Source: an uncultured Verrucomicrobiae bacterium (lineage in GTDB: Bacteria > Verrucomicrobiota > Verrucomicrobiia > Limisphaerales > Palsa-1400). From it: a stretch of 64,000 nt of DNA. The notes under the pieces were generated by a model. The model saw nothing but the letters and a program-made list of their open reading frames with translations. It did no database searches and was not told the origin of the DNA. Below are positions 12,568 to 23,413 of this stretch, in pieces. Position numbers and translations under genes: made by a program. Numbering within the stretch: position 1 is the first letter of the stretch; each line of letters opens with the position of its first letter. The stretch spans positions 5,376,001 to 5,440,000 of the forward strand of contig OY969763.1 in NCBI GenBank assembly GCA_963702845.1, written 5' to 3'.

Positions 12568-13125
12568 TTGAGAATTTTAATCGCCATCACCGGGGCCAGC
12601 GGCGCGATCTACGCGCAACGGCTCTTCGATAATCTCGACCCACACCAGCACGAATTGCATCTCGTCATGAGTAACTACGCGCAGGTGGTGCTGAAGGAAG
12701 AGTTGCCCGAAGGCTTGCGTCTGCCGGAAGGCGTCAAGACGCACAGCTTGAAAAGCATGAACGCGCCGTTTGCCAGTGGATCCAATCCGCCGGATGCGAT
12801 GGTGGTGATTCCGTGCACGATGGGAACGCTGGGGCGAATCGCTCATGGTTTTAGTGAGGATGTTTTGTTGAGGTCGGCGGATGTCGTTTTGAAGGAGAAG
12901 CGAAAACTGATTCTGGTGCCGCGTGAGACGCCGCTCAGTCTTGTACACGTGAAAAATTTCGAGCTGCTTCTGCTGGCCGGAGCCACAATTTTGCCGGCGA
13001 ATCCTTCGTTCTATATGCGGCCGAAGACGATTGAGGAAGTTGCTGATACCGTAGTCTCGCGGGTGTTGGATCATTTGGGCGTTCCCAACAAACTCACGCC
13101 GAGATGGCAGGAGGAAAAGGATTGA
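12568..13125 (+). CDS. ubiX: Flavin prenyltransferase UbiX
   Basis: AITGASGAIYA, PFASGS, LVPRETP and PSFY motifs. Confidence 0.95.
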   Translation: MRILIAITGASGAIYAQRLFDNLDPHQHELHLVMSNYAQVVLKEELPEGLRLPEGVKTHSLKSMNAPFASGSNPPDAMVVIPCTMGTLGRIAHGFSEDVLLRSADVVLKEKRKLILVPRETPLSLVHVKNFELLLLAGATILPANPSFYMRPKTIEEVADTVVSRVLDHLGVPNKLTPRWQEEKD

Positions 13126-13153
13126 TGTTGGACGTTGGACGTTCGCATTAAGT

Positions 13154-14080
13154 ATGCTGCGCTCGATTCGAACATGGGCCGAATTTGTCAGGCTTTCCCA
13201 CACCATCTTCGCTCTTCCTTTTGCTCTTGCGTCGATGGCGTTGGCCGCTCGAGACAATCGTGGTTGGCCGGGCTTGCGGACATTTTTGCTGATTGTCGGA
13301 GCAATGGTGTGCGCGCGGACGGCTGCGATGGCGTTTAACCGGATTGTGGATCGGCAATTTGATCGAAGGAATCCGCGCACTGCGCAACGTCATTTGCCTG
13401 CAGGTAAGATTTCGTTGATTAGTGCGATGATGTTGTGTGCGGTGGCTTCGGCTGGCCTCGTGGTTGATGCGTATTTTATTAACCCTGTGTGTTTCTATTT
13501 GTCACCCGTCGCGTTAGTCGTCGTGTGCTTCTATTCGTTGACCAAACGGTTCACTGATTTTACCCACGTGTTTTTGGGAATTGCATTAGCATTGGCACCG
13601 ATTGGCGCGTGGCTTGCCGTGAAGGGAAGTTTTGACTTGTTTCCAACGACGCCCAACGGCTGGCCAGCAGTTGGGCATAGCGCGCTTCTTGCGCTGCTGC
13701 TTGCCGTCGCGGTTGTGTTCTGGCTGATTGGGTTCGATATCATTTACGCGCTGCAGGATTACGAATTCGACCGACAGCATGGCTTGCGCTCGTTGGTGGT
13801 GCGATGGGGCCCGAAGAACGCGCTCGGCGCGGCATTTCTGTCGCACATGGTCATGTGGCTTATCTTAATGGTGTTCGGCCTGCTCGCGGGTTTCAGGCTC
13901 GCATATTATATAGGCGGCGCGTTCATTCTCCTCTGCCTTCTTGCCGAGCATTGGCTGGCGCGTCGGCGCAGTTTCAATTGGGTGAACAATGCGTTTTTTC
14001 GTCTTAATGCGGTTATCAGCATTGTCTTTTTGGTCGCGACTTTGACCGAGGTAGTGTTTCCGTTTTTTCGAATGCGCTGA
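13154..14080 (+). CDS. UbiA-family prenyltransferase (MqnP-like, menaquinone futalosine pathway)
   Basis: HTIFALPFA, AMAFNRIVDRQFDRRNPRT and GFDIIYALQDYEFD motifs; follows ubiX. Confidence 0.9.
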   Translation: MLRSIRTWAEFVRLSHTIFALPFALASMALAARDNRGWPGLRTFLLIVGAMVCARTAAMAFNRIVDRQFDRRNPRTAQRHLPAGKISLISAMMLCAVASAGLVVDAYFINPVCFYLSPVALVVVCFYSLTKRFTDFTHVFLGIALALAPIGAWLAVKGSFDLFPTTPNGWPAVGHSALLALLLAVAVVFWLIGFDIIYALQDYEFDRQHGLRSLVVRWGPKNALGAAFLSHMVMWLILMVFGLLAGFRLAYYIGGAFILLCLLAEHWLARRRSFNWVNNAFFRLNAVISIVFLVATLTEVVFPFFRMR

Positions 14081-14135
14081 GTTTGAAGCGTGGTTTCTGC
14101 TTGCCCACGCCCAGCGAGAGAACTCTACTGCCATC

Positions 14136-14834
14136 ATGCCTCGTCTCTTAATCCTGCTGCTGGTTGCGCTTGCCGGCTGCACCACGCATCAAGCCGGTAA
14201 CGCAATTCATTTGCTGCAACCGCAGAATTTTTATTCCTTCCTCCGCGATTTCGGTCGCGACAAAGATCCCAATCAGGTCTTCCGATGGGAAGACGGCATG
14301 CTGCACATCACCGGGCAGGACTACGGTTATCTCGCGACGAAACAAACCAACTTCGCCAATTACAAACTAGTTGCAGAGTTCAAGTGGGGCGAAAAAACAT
14401 GGGCACCGCGCATCGACAACGCGCGTGATAGCGGCGTTCTAGTGCATTTTGTCGGGCGCGACCAGGTTTGGCCGAAGTCGATCGAGTGCCAAATGATTGA
14501 AGGCGGCACGGGAGACATTCTCGTTGTGAGCGGCGCATATCTCACGGTCGACGGAGTGCGCAAAGGCCCGCAGATCGCGCGGTTTGATCGGCCGGGTCGC
14601 AATCCGTGGGACGACGTAAAAGGATTTCGCGGTCCGCACGAATTTGAAAACCCACACGGCCAATGGAATCGTGTCGAAGTCATCTGCAATAATGATTTGG
14701 TGAGCATCAGCGTGAATGGGCATCACACGCTGACGGGCACGAACGCTTCGCCGACGATGGGTAAGATTGTTCTGCAGTCCGAGGGTGCGGAAGTGTTCTT
14801 CCGGCGGTTGGATTTGTACCCGCTGGACAAGTGA
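14136..14834 (+). CDS. DUF1080 (3-keto-disaccharide hydrolase-like) lipoprotein
   Basis: Lipobox LAGC; RDSGVLVH, GQWNRVEV and IVLQSEGAEVFFR motifs. Confidence 0.9.
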   Translation: MPRLLILLLVALAGCTTHQAGNAIHLLQPQNFYSFLRDFGRDKDPNQVFRWEDGMLHITGQDYGYLATKQTNFANYKLVAEFKWGEKTWAPRIDNARDSGVLVHFVGRDQVWPKSIECQMIEGGTGDILVVSGAYLTVDGVRKGPQIARFDRPGRNPWDDVKGFRGPHEFENPHGQWNRVEVICNNDLVSISVNGHHTLTGTNASPTMGKIVLQSEGAEVFFRRLDLYPLDK

Positions 14835-14858
14835 CCGGCGATCGCGGAGCGAAGCGCC

Positions 14859-16115
14859 CTACCTGGAACGAGCGGCCATGGTTTGCGTTAAATCTTTGGC
14901 TGCGCCTTCGATGTAGTCGGCTTCCCAAAATAAAATTTGTGATGCCTGGACTTTGTTTGCGAGCGTCAGTTGGCCCGTGAACTCGGCCACTGATTTGGGG
15001 ACCCACTGATAAAGCCACACATCGACCTTGCCGCCGGTCTCGTCTCTCAAAGCGCGATGCGCTTTTTCGGCGTCGCCACCATCGCGGTAATAACCGGCTG
15101 CGACCGCTGAATCCATCAAGCCGTCTTTTGCCCACGTGCTGATATCCAGAAGCATGCCACGAAGGTTGCCGTCGATTTTGTCGAGTTCGCCACGATAATG
15201 CCACGGATGGCCGACCATGACTGAAATTGGCAGATGATGTTTTCGCAGGAGCTTCGAAACCTCTCGCATGAACTGCGTTTGCGGTGCGGCGCGAAAGCGG
15301 AACGCGGCATCGTCATTCGCATCACGGAGTTCTTTGCCGGTTTGCTTGCGATAGGCTTCGCGCAATGGCGTTTCAAAGCCGTAATCGGCAGCGCCGGTTT
15401 TATCGTTTTGCGGATTGTCGCGGACGTCGCCGGTTCGAATCCAATCGAGGAAAAAGCCGTCGAGCTTGTAGTTGTCGATTAACTCGTGCACGAGCGAGAG
15501 TTTATATTTTCTGACTTCAGGAAACGCGAAGCTCAGTTGAGAGTGATAGGCGCGACCGTCGCGATGTTGCCAGCGAAATTGCGGATATTGTTTGGAGAAC
15601 TCGCTCTGCAAACCCCAGCCGTGATCGTCTTCGTTGATGCTTAACCACGCGTGAATCTTCATGCCGATTTTGTGGCCATAACGAATGGCTTCGGCAAGAG
15701 GATCGAAATGCGCGTAATCGAGCACATCGAACTTCGCCATCAGAGCCCGACGCTGCTCCGCGTTCATGTGCGTGTAGTGTTCGACCAAAGTGGTGTCGGC
15801 GGGCGATTGCGGACTCCAGAAACTGTCCGGGTCCCACTTGCCCATCGGCTTCAAGTATTTACTTTTGTAGAGGCCGCGACCGCCGTCGAACACACGCCAA
15901 TAAACCCGGTTCCAGCCGCACGCTTTGCACGCATCGAGCATGTGATGCACGCCGGCTGGCCCCAAGGCGATGCTAGGCTTGAGCATCCAATCGGAGTGCG
16001 TCAGGGGCGCGGATAAAATGAATTTGTCGCCAGCAGTTTCAGCTTTCGTGATGCGAATAGTCGGCCCAACGACGGCAGCAGCAACGGACGACTTGATAAA
16101 AGCGCGGCGGTTCAC
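14859..16115 (-). CDS. Tat-exported GHL10-like glycoside hydrolase
   Basis: NRRAFIK twin-arginine signal; DPLAEAIRYGHKIGMKIHAW, PEVRKYKL and YKLDGFFLDWIR motifs. Confidence 0.75.
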   Translation of the reverse strand: MNRRAFIKSSVAAAVVGPTIRITKAETAGDKFILSAPLTHSDWMLKPSIALGPAGVHHMLDACKACGWNRVYWRVFDGGRGLYKSKYLKPMGKWDPDSFWSPQSPADTTLVEHYTHMNAEQRRALMAKFDVLDYAHFDPLAEAIRYGHKIGMKIHAWLSINEDDHGWGLQSEFSKQYPQFRWQHRDGRAYHSQLSFAFPEVRKYKLSLVHELIDNYKLDGFFLDWIRTGDVRDNPQNDKTGAADYGFETPLREAYRKQTGKELRDANDDAAFRFRAAPQTQFMREVSKLLRKHHLPISVMVGHPWHYRGELDKIDGNLRGMLLDISTWAKDGLMDSAVAAGYYRDGGDAEKAHRALRDETGGKVDVWLYQWVPKSVAEFTGQLTLANKVQASQILFWEADYIEGAAKDLTQTMAARSR

Positions 16116-16118
16116 GCG

Positions 16119-17240
16119 CTATTGTTTTTTCAAACCGGAGAGAAAGGCAACTAAATCGGCGAACTCCTGTGGTGTCATGCCTTGCTGCAAACCGGTCGGC
16201 ATTATCGAGGTCTTCAACTTACGTTTGTTGAGCACCTCACTCTTTTTGTAATGCGTCACGATGCCCTTGGAATCTTTAATTGCGATGTCATTGGCGGTCT
16301 CGCTTACGAGAAGTCCGTAGGCATCATCGCCGGATTTTAAATCAAGGCTGTAGGTTTCGTAGCCGACGGAAATCCCGGCGCTTGGTTCGAGGATCGCTTC
16401 CACGATTGCCTCCTTCGCAAGTTTGGTGCCGATTTCCGAAAGGTCAGGCCCGACTTGGCCGCCTTTGGCGTGAATTGTGTGACACGCCGCACAACCGGGG
16501 AGCTGGCGATAAAACACTTTTTCGCCACTTGCGGCATCGGTGTTCATCTTCAGCAGTTCGACTGTTGATGGAAGTGGTTGCGATCCGATGGCGAGCGGCA
16601 GCGGCAAAACCTTCGCAGCCTCGCTTTTGATGTTCGTCCAATGAACACCGTTCAACTCGGTGCTCGCGGTAAATTTTAAATCTTCAGCCAGCGTGCCTTT
16701 TTTCGCCAGCTCGAGCAAAGCAGTCGCACCCTCCGATGTTCGGGCGAGCGCTCGAATGCACGCTTTCCGCAAAGATGGCTCCCGGTTCGCATCCACGGCG
16801 ATCGGTAACAACAATCCAACCGCATCCTTTTCCGCGGCGTCGCCCAACGCTTCAGCAGTGGCACTCGCGGTCTTGAAATCGGCGCTCTCCAGGCGTTTGT
16901 TAAATAAAACGAAGTTTTTGTGCGCCAACACGAGGCGAGTGGCTTCGACACCTGTTTCGCTGCCCGGAGCTTTCACCGCCAGATCGACTAAACCCGGATC
17001 GCAATCCTTCAGGTGAAATCGTTTTACGATTTCGAGGAATTTGTCGGTGCCGTGAGCTTTTTCCAGTAACCGATAGACCGCGTCCTTAAGTTGCGGATCC
17101 GATTCGAGATCAACGTTCTGGAGTCGGTTGAGTGACTCGAAGACGATCGTGTTGCGTTGTGCGTCTGTTAATTGGGATTCGGCACGACCGCAAATAGCCG
17201 CCGAGAACAAGACTGCGATGACAGCGGCGCGCAGCTTCAT
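16119..17240 (-). CDS. c-type cytochrome / PVC-type heme-binding domain protein with HEAT-like repeats
   Basis: CAACH heme motif; VGPDLSEIG, ILEPSAGIS and SIMPTGL motifs. Confidence 0.88.
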   Translation of the reverse strand: MKLRAAVIAVLFSAAICGRAESQLTDAQRNTIVFESLNRLQNVDLESDPQLKDAVYRLLEKAHGTDKFLEIVKRFHLKDCDPGLVDLAVKAPGSETGVEATRLVLAHKNFVLFNKRLESADFKTASATAEALGDAAEKDAVGLLLPIAVDANREPSLRKACIRALARTSEGATALLELAKKGTLAEDLKFTASTELNGVHWTNIKSEAAKVLPLPLAIGSQPLPSTVELLKMNTDAASGEKVFYRQLPGCAACHTIHAKGGQVGPDLSEIGTKLAKEAIVEAILEPSAGISVGYETYSLDLKSGDDAYGLLVSETANDIAIKDSKGIVTHYKKSEVLNKRKLKTSIMPTGLQQGMTPQEFADLVAFLSGLKKQ

Positions 17241-17734
17241 TCGCGATAATTAGTGATGTTCTCGCGTTGGAGAAGTTTGCGTTTCCAGTCGAGACCACTG
17301 GAAAATCCGCCCAACTTGCCGCCGCTGCCCAGCACGCGATGGCAGGGAATCAAGAGCGGAATCGGATTGGCTCCGCAAGCGTTACCCGTTGCACGAGCGC
17401 CTTTTGGTTTGCCGACAGCCGCCGCAACTTCAGAGTAACGCTTGGTCTTGCCGCACGAAATTTTTCGCAGCGCCTTCCAAACATTGCGTTGAAATTCTGT
17501 TCCACAGCTCAGGTCGAAAGGCGGAGGGGACGTGATCGGTTGGCCTTTGAAAACCTGTTCGATCGCGCGCGTGGTCAATTTGTGCCACTGCTTCGTTTTG
17601 GGATTGGTCGGTTCTGCCGGCTTGGCCGTGCGGCCGTTTGGAAAATCAAGACGCGCGAGACCCTTGTCAGAGTAATAGGCGACAAAAGTGCCTTCGCATG
17701 TCTGCACAGGACAGGCTAGGAGAGTGGCTTTCAT
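17237..17734 (-). CDS. ogt: Methylated-DNA--protein-cysteine S-methyltransferase
   Basis: GTEFQRNVW and active-site NPIPLLIPCHRV. Confidence 0.95.
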   Translation of the reverse strand: MKATLLACPVQTCEGTFVAYYSDKGLARLDFPNGRTAKPAEPTNPKTKQWHKLTTRAIEQVFKGQPITSPPPFDLSCGTEFQRNVWKALRKISCGKTKRYSEVAAAVGKPKGARATGNACGANPIPLLIPCHRVLGSGGKLGGFSSGLDWKRKLLQRENITNYRE

Positions 17735-17740
17735 AATGAA

Positions 17741-18268
17741 CTAATGGTGCTTTATCAGCGCCGCGCAAATTCCAAATAAGACTACCACGAGCACGAACGC
17801 CAGCGCCAGAAACCTGTTGCGCGCGACGCGTTTTTCGTAGCGCAACGGACGCAGGCCTTGAATGCTGCCCGCAGCAAGGTAGTTAACCAGTTTCGGATTC
17901 GACAACGGTGGTGGCCGGAAGATTTGTTCGAGTCGATCCAGGAATCCCATCTTTTGTTTCGGCGTGGAAAGGTCCTCAATCGGCACAGCAGATGAACGCT
18001 GGGAGGTCGCGTCCTTGATTGGCTTTTGATCGACCTCTTCGAAAACAGGTTCAGGCGCTTTTGGTGGAGGGGTGTTAGCCGTAAGAACAGTGCTGCTGTG
18101 GGGTAAAGCGGTAGAGCGCACGCGCGCGCCGGATTTATTTACTTCAGGTCTGCCCGTACCGGTCTGCTGGTTCAGCTTGTGAATCTTCGCCTCCAACGCG
18201 GCGATTTCCGCGTTCAAGGCTTTGGCGCGGTCTGAAAGAGGATCAACTTTCTTTTTCAGCAGGGCCAT
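17741..18268 (-). CDS. Hypothetical protein with N-terminal coiled coil and C-terminal TM anchor
   Basis: Closely packed ORF; C-terminal RPLRYEKRVARNRF followed by a hydrophobic helix. Confidence 0.7.
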   Translation of the reverse strand: MALLKKKVDPLSDRAKALNAEIAALEAKIHKLNQQTGTGRPEVNKSGARVRSTALPHSSTVLTANTPPPKAPEPVFEEVDQKPIKDATSQRSSAVPIEDLSTPKQKMGFLDRLEQIFRPPPLSNPKLVNYLAAGSIQGLRPLRYEKRVARNRFLALAFVLVVVLFGICAALIKHH

Positions 18269-18274
18269 TGGTTG

Positions 18275-18931
18275 TTAATGGCGAAGCAACACCAATCCCA
18301 TTAACGCGAACCCGACCGCAGCCAGCGGCCAGGTCAGTGCAAAACCAATTTTGCACAGCTCGCCAAAACTCGCATTGGCAGGGAAGAATTGTGTCGGTTG
18401 TTGGGTAGGGACTGATTCAGCGAGTTCGCCGGTCAGCAGGGGAAATTTGATTCGCGCGGAATTCCATTCCATCCGCGCATTTTCCAAGGTCGTCAACGCC
18501 GTCGTCAATTCGGCCTGGTAATTGTCTTGCGACCACGATCCGTCGTTGAGGCAGCGAACCTTGAGGAGCGCTTCGCGGAATCCTTCCAAAGTGCGAGCCA
18601 TCGATTCGGCGTCACGACGCACCCTGAGTTCCTGTTCTTCCAATAACCCGAGGCCGCGGGTGAGGTGCACGACCATTTCTTCTTTGCCGGTTTGGAATTC
18701 AGTCTGGCGGCGGCGCAATTCCTCAAGGCCGGCGCGTTCACGTTCCAATTCTTCCTGCGCGCGTTTGAGTTCGGCGAGCTTGAGCTGTTTCTCGCTGACC
18801 ATCGCTTCGATTTCTTCGCGTGTTGGGGGACGATTCATAGAGCCGGTCGGGACATCGCTCATGGCGGCGAAGCCGGTTTTCTGCGAGTCGAGCAAATCGG
18901 TATCAATAAACTCCGTAGAATCTTTCGGCAT
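18275..18931 (-). CDS. Hypothetical coiled-coil protein with C-terminal TM anchor
   Basis: Heptad-rich central region and hydrophobic C-terminus; start taken at MPKDST. Confidence 0.7.
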   Translation of the reverse strand: MPKDSTEFIDTDLLDSQKTGFAAMSDVPTGSMNRPPTREEIEAMVSEKQLKLAELKRAQEELERERAGLEELRRRQTEFQTGKEEMVVHLTRGLGLLEEQELRVRRDAESMARTLEGFREALLKVRCLNDGSWSQDNYQAELTTALTTLENARMEWNSARIKFPLLTGELAESVPTQQPTQFFPANASFGELCKIGFALTWPLAAVGFALMGLVLLRH

Positions 18932-19043
18932 GGCCGACTTTAAGACATCTTCGGCGCACGTGTAAAGAATGACGTGATGCATATGTCGATGTCGTGCGAT
19001 TCAGGACAATCCTGATTTGACGTGACAGGTGCTCGGGGTATAA

Positions 19044-19778
<735 letters not shown>

Positions 19779-19793
19779 TTTGAAACGCATCCT

Positions 19794-20354
19794 ATGATGA
19801 CTCCTGACGAAATTCTGTTAGAGGCCGAAGAGAAGATGATTAAAACCGATGAGTTCGTGCAACACGAGTTCACCGGCGTGCGCACGGGAAAGGCTTCCCC
19901 GACGATGGTCGAAAACCTGATGGCGGAAGTTTACGGCTCGCAAATGCGCATCCGCGAACTGGCCGGAATCACCACTCCTGAGCCGCGCATGCTCGTCATT
20001 ACCCCGTGGGACGCTAGCGCGCTGCACGCGATCGAAAAGGCCATTCAAAAAAGCAGCATTGGCATCAATCCCATGATTCATGGCAAAGCGATTCGTTTGA
20101 TTTTGCCCGAGCTCAGCACCGAGCGCCGCCAGGAAATGGTAAAGATGGCGCATAAGATGGCCGAAGACGGCCGCGTCGCCATTCGTCACGTTCGCCGCGA
20201 CGCGATGGAACTCCTTCGCAAAGCCAAAACTGCCGGACTAGCCGAAGACCAGGAAAAAGCCGCCGAAAAAGAAATTCAAAAGCTCACCGATCAGTACATC
20301 GGCAAAATCGACGAGCACTTGAAGCACAAAGAAAAAGAAGTCATGACGGTATAG
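19794..20354 (+). CDS. frr: Ribosome recycling factor
   Basis: VRTGKASP, PELSTERRQE and RVAIRHVRRD motifs; follows pyrH. Confidence 0.99.
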   Translation: MMTPDEILLEAEEKMIKTDEFVQHEFTGVRTGKASPTMVENLMAEVYGSQMRIRELAGITTPEPRMLVITPWDASALHAIEKAIQKSSIGINPMIHGKAIRLILPELSTERRQEMVKMAHKMAEDGRVAIRHVRRDAMELLRKAKTAGLAEDQEKAAEKEIQKLTDQYIGKIDEHLKHKEKEVMTV

Positions 20355-20396
20355 TCGGAGCGGGTACGGCTTGTCAGCGTTTCAGATCTCGTGCAG

Positions 20397-20708
20397 TCAA
20401 CGCACTGAGGAATTCGTCGCGGGCGGATCGAAGTGCACGACGTTCTCGCCCGGCTTCGCGTAACTGAGCCGCTCGCGAGCGAGGCGCTCGATTGTTTTGG
20501 GATCCTTCAAAGAGCGCAATTGCGAATCGAGCTTTTTTGCGGATTCCGTTTCCTTTTGGATTTTCGAGTCGAGTTCCAGTTTATCCTGGCGCATGCGCTC
20601 GTTTGCTTCGACAACCGGCCGATACCAGAGTGCCATTCCCAAAACTGCCGCAGCCAACAACAGGACGAGCACCACGCGAGTGAGCTTGTCCCAGATGTTG
20701 TCTTTCAT
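20397..20708 (-). CDS. Septum formation initiator (FtsB/DivIC) family protein
   Basis: TM helix, coiled coil, then DPKTIERLARERLSYAKPGE. Confidence 0.85.
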   Translation of the reverse strand: MKDNIWDKLTRVVLVLLLAAAVLGMALWYRPVVEANERMRQDKLELDSKIQKETESAKKLDSQLRSLKDPKTIERLARERLSYAKPGENVVHFDPPATNSSVR

Positions 20709-20801
20709 GCGCGCAGTTAAACACGCAGGCGGAAAAAACGGAAGTGGAAATCGAGCTTTCCTGTTGACTGAGCCGCACAACCGCGCAGCATTTCAGCATC
20801 C

Positions 20802-21695
20802 ATGAAAACGTTGCAAAAGCTGTTCACGATTCTTGTCCTGTTGACGTGGGGTTCGGCGCTGCACGCGGAAACGAAGTTTAAGCGTAAGCAGGACGTGATC
20901 TACGGTCGCAAATTTGGCACGGCCTTAACGATGGACGTGTTCACACCAGAAAAGCCAAACGGCTACGGCATCATCTGGGTGGTGAGTGGCGGTTGGCTTT
21001 CATCACATGAAGCCATCATGACGAACTATCCCAGTTTCCTTGATCGGGGCTACACCGTGTTCGCTGTCGTTCACGGGTCGCAACCCAAATTTACGATCAC
21101 GGAAATCGTGCCCGACATGATGCGTTCGGTGCGGTTCATTCGGCACAATGCCAAGCGCTATGGTATTCACCCGGACAAAATCGGCGTGAGCGGAGGCAGC
21201 GCCGGTGGTCACCTATCGCTCACGCTTGGGACGCAGGGCGGCCCGGGCGATGCGAACGCAAAAGACCCAGTTGACCGCGAAAGCAGCGCCGTCCAGTGCG
21301 TCGCGTGCTTTTTTCCACCAACCGATTTTATCAACTATGGCAAACCCGACGGCGACGGTGTCGGGTTCGGCATCCTCAAAGGGTTCAAAGCCGCGTTTGG
21401 TCCGGAAGCCGACACCGCGCCGGGCCGTTACAAACTAGGCAAAGCGATTTCGCCGATCTATTTCGTACACTCCAACCAACCGCCGATATTGATCATCCAT
21501 GGTGATGCCGATGATTTGGTGCCGATCCAGCAGGCGCAGACGTTCGTTGAAAAATGCAAACAGACCGGCGACATTGCTAAATTGAGCGTGCGTCCGGGCA
21601 AAGGCCACGGCTGGCCTGATTGGCTCGGGGACATGAAGGAATTTGCTGATTGGTATGACGAGCATCTCCGTGGAATCAAGCCGTCAAATCAATAG
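20802..21695 (+). CDS. Secreted alpha/beta hydrolase (esterase)
   Basis: GGSAGGHL nucleophile elbow; IIHGDADDLVP and GKGHGW motifs. Confidence 0.92.
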   Translation: MKTLQKLFTILVLLTWGSALHAETKFKRKQDVIYGRKFGTALTMDVFTPEKPNGYGIIWVVSGGWLSSHEAIMTNYPSFLDRGYTVFAVVHGSQPKFTITEIVPDMMRSVRFIRHNAKRYGIHPDKIGVSGGSAGGHLSLTLGTQGGPGDANAKDPVDRESSAVQCVACFFPPTDFINYGKPDGDGVGFGILKGFKAAFGPEADTAPGRYKLGKAISPIYFVHSNQPPILIIHGDADDLVPIQQAQTFVEKCKQTGDIAKLSVRPGKGHGWPDWLGDMKEFADWYDEHLRGIKPSNQ

Positions 21696-21767
21696 CGGTG
21701 CTGTCAGACATAACACTTCCGCAAAACATCAGGTTGCAACTCTCCGGATTTCCGGTAAATTGTAGGC

Positions 21768-21971
21768 ATGGATTGGCAGCAGCTCATCGCGCTGATCATT
21801 GTTGCTGGCACGGCTGGCATCTTTGTTTGGTCAAAAATCCGTCGGCGTCAGTTGGCCTTCGGTGGCGACACGCATTGTGGATGCTCTTCCACTGCCGCTC
21901 CTTATAAGTCATTGACCATCTGCTCGCGCCGTGGGGAACGTCCGAGGGTCACTATCCAAAACAACCATTAG
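21768..21971 (+). CDS. Small Cys-containing membrane protein (FeoB-associated Cys-rich-like)
   Basis: MDWQQLIALIIV TM segment followed by HCGC. Confidence 0.6.
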   Translation: MDWQQLIALIIVAGTAGIFVWSKIRRRQLAFGGDTHCGCSSTAAPYKSLTICSRRGERPRVTIQNNH

Positions 21972-22029
21972 GTCGCATGCCAGCGCTAGCATCATCACCT
22001 CGTCGTAATACCCTCTACGTCTAACAGCC

Positions 22030-22434
22030 ATGCAAAAAACCAGTTCAACATTGCAGTTTGCCCGGCGCCGTTTGTCAGGGCTTAACCTCCAAACCGATGC
22101 GCATTGGGTTCCAAACACCGATGTTTATGTCACCGAAACCGGAGTCGTCATCAAAGTGGAATTGGCCGGAATGCAGCGCGAGAACCTGCAACTGAACATC
22201 GAGGGCAATCGCCTCAAAATCAGCGGTAATCGTCCCGATGGTTGCCGGACCTCCTCAAAGTGCAAGTTTCTGGTGATGGAAATTAACTACGGTACTTTCG
22301 AAAGTGTTATCGAACTTCCCGCGGGCTACGACCTCTGCCAGGCCAAAGCCACTTATCAAAACGGCTTCCTTCGTATCGATGTCCCGGTGTTGGCGAAATC
22401 CAATCGCCCGCTGACCGTGACGGTCGAGGGTTAA
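22030..22434 (+). CDS. Hsp20/alpha-crystallin family protein
   Basis: WVPNTDVYVTE, MEINYGTFE and ATYQNGFLRI motifs. Confidence 0.92.
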   Translation: MQKTSSTLQFARRRLSGLNLQTDAHWVPNTDVYVTETGVVIKVELAGMQRENLQLNIEGNRLKISGNRPDGCRTSSKCKFLVMEINYGTFESVIELPAGYDLCQAKATYQNGFLRIDVPVLAKSNRPLTVTVEG

Positions 22435-23327
22435 TCCGCAGGCTCTTTGCTCATCTCCTGCGCGGATTGAAGGAATTTTTCCGCTGCTGCCGACATTGGC
22501 TTCTTCGGCCAATACGCTCCAATAATCACTGGGTGTAATACTGGTGAAAACGGTATAAACTTTAAGCGCCACCCCGCCGTGCATTTTAGCGAATTGGGCA
22601 CCACAGCTACGCCTGCGCCGGATTCAATCGCCGCGATCAAACTACTCATGCTGTCGTGTTCCTCGACTATTCGTGGTTTGATTTTTGAGCTGGCAAAAAG
22701 ACTCATCACCATTTTGTAAGCTTCCGGATAATCCTTGCGGCTGTAACTGACGAGCGGCTCGCGGACGGCCTGATCGAGTGTAACACTACGGTTCCTGGCC
22801 AATTTGTGTTTCGGCGGCACCGCCAATAACAAAGTTTCACGCGTCAGTTCCACGAAATTAAATTCCCGGATGATCCGCGAGTCCACGCGGACCGTCAGCG
22901 CCAATTGCAATTTACCGCTACGCAAGTCAGCGAGCATTTCTTCGGTGGAACAATCGTGCAGTTTGACGCGGACTTTCGGCATTGCTGATTGAAACGCGCG
23001 CAACGCCTGCGGCAAAAACCGCGCTGTGAGGGAGGGGGCATAACCGACATGCAATTCACCGCTGCCAGCCGAAACCGCCCGCGCATTCTTCACCGCGTCA
23101 TCCGCTCTTTGCAAAACAGCGCGGGATTCCTTGAGAAAAACATTTCCGGCAGCGGTGAGCTTCAGCGATTTTGCCGTACGCTGAAACAAATCAAAACCAA
23201 TCTCCTCTTCCAAATCACGAATCTGCCGGCTGATCCCCGGTTGTGAAACGTGCAACTTCAAGGCCGCGCGCGAGACATTTTCCTCTTCGGCCGCGGCGAT
23301 GAAATATCGGAGATGACGCAGTTCCAT
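22431..23327 (-). CDS. LysR family transcriptional regulator
   Basis: MELRHLRYF...AALKLHVSQPGISRQIRDLEEEIG HTH. Confidence 0.97.
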   Translation of the reverse strand: MELRHLRYFIAAAEEENVSRAALKLHVSQPGISRQIRDLEEEIGFDLFQRTAKSLKLTAAGNVFLKESRAVLQRADDAVKNARAVSAGSGELHVGYAPSLTARFLPQALRAFQSAMPKVRVKLHDCSTEEMLADLRSGKLQLALTVRVDSRIIREFNFVELTRETLLLAVPPKHKLARNRSVTLDQAVREPLVSYSRKDYPEAYKMVMSLFASSKIKPRIVEEHDSMSSLIAAIESGAGVAVVPNSLKCTAGWRLKFIPFSPVLHPVIIGAYWPKKPMSAAAEKFLQSAQEMSKEPAD

Positions 23328-23337
23328 TCAGGTGAGC

Positions 23338-23358
23338 AGCATAACCAATGGTTATGCT
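23338..23358. promoter_or_regulatory. Probable LysR recognition site
   Basis: AGCATAACCAATGGTTATGCT is a near-perfect palindrome with a T-N11-A core, between the divergent LysR and pirin genes. Confidence 0.7.
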
Positions 23359-23413
23359 AAGGCAAGAATCATGGTCTTTCTCAACTACACCCTCAGTGTG
23401 CGACCCTATCTCC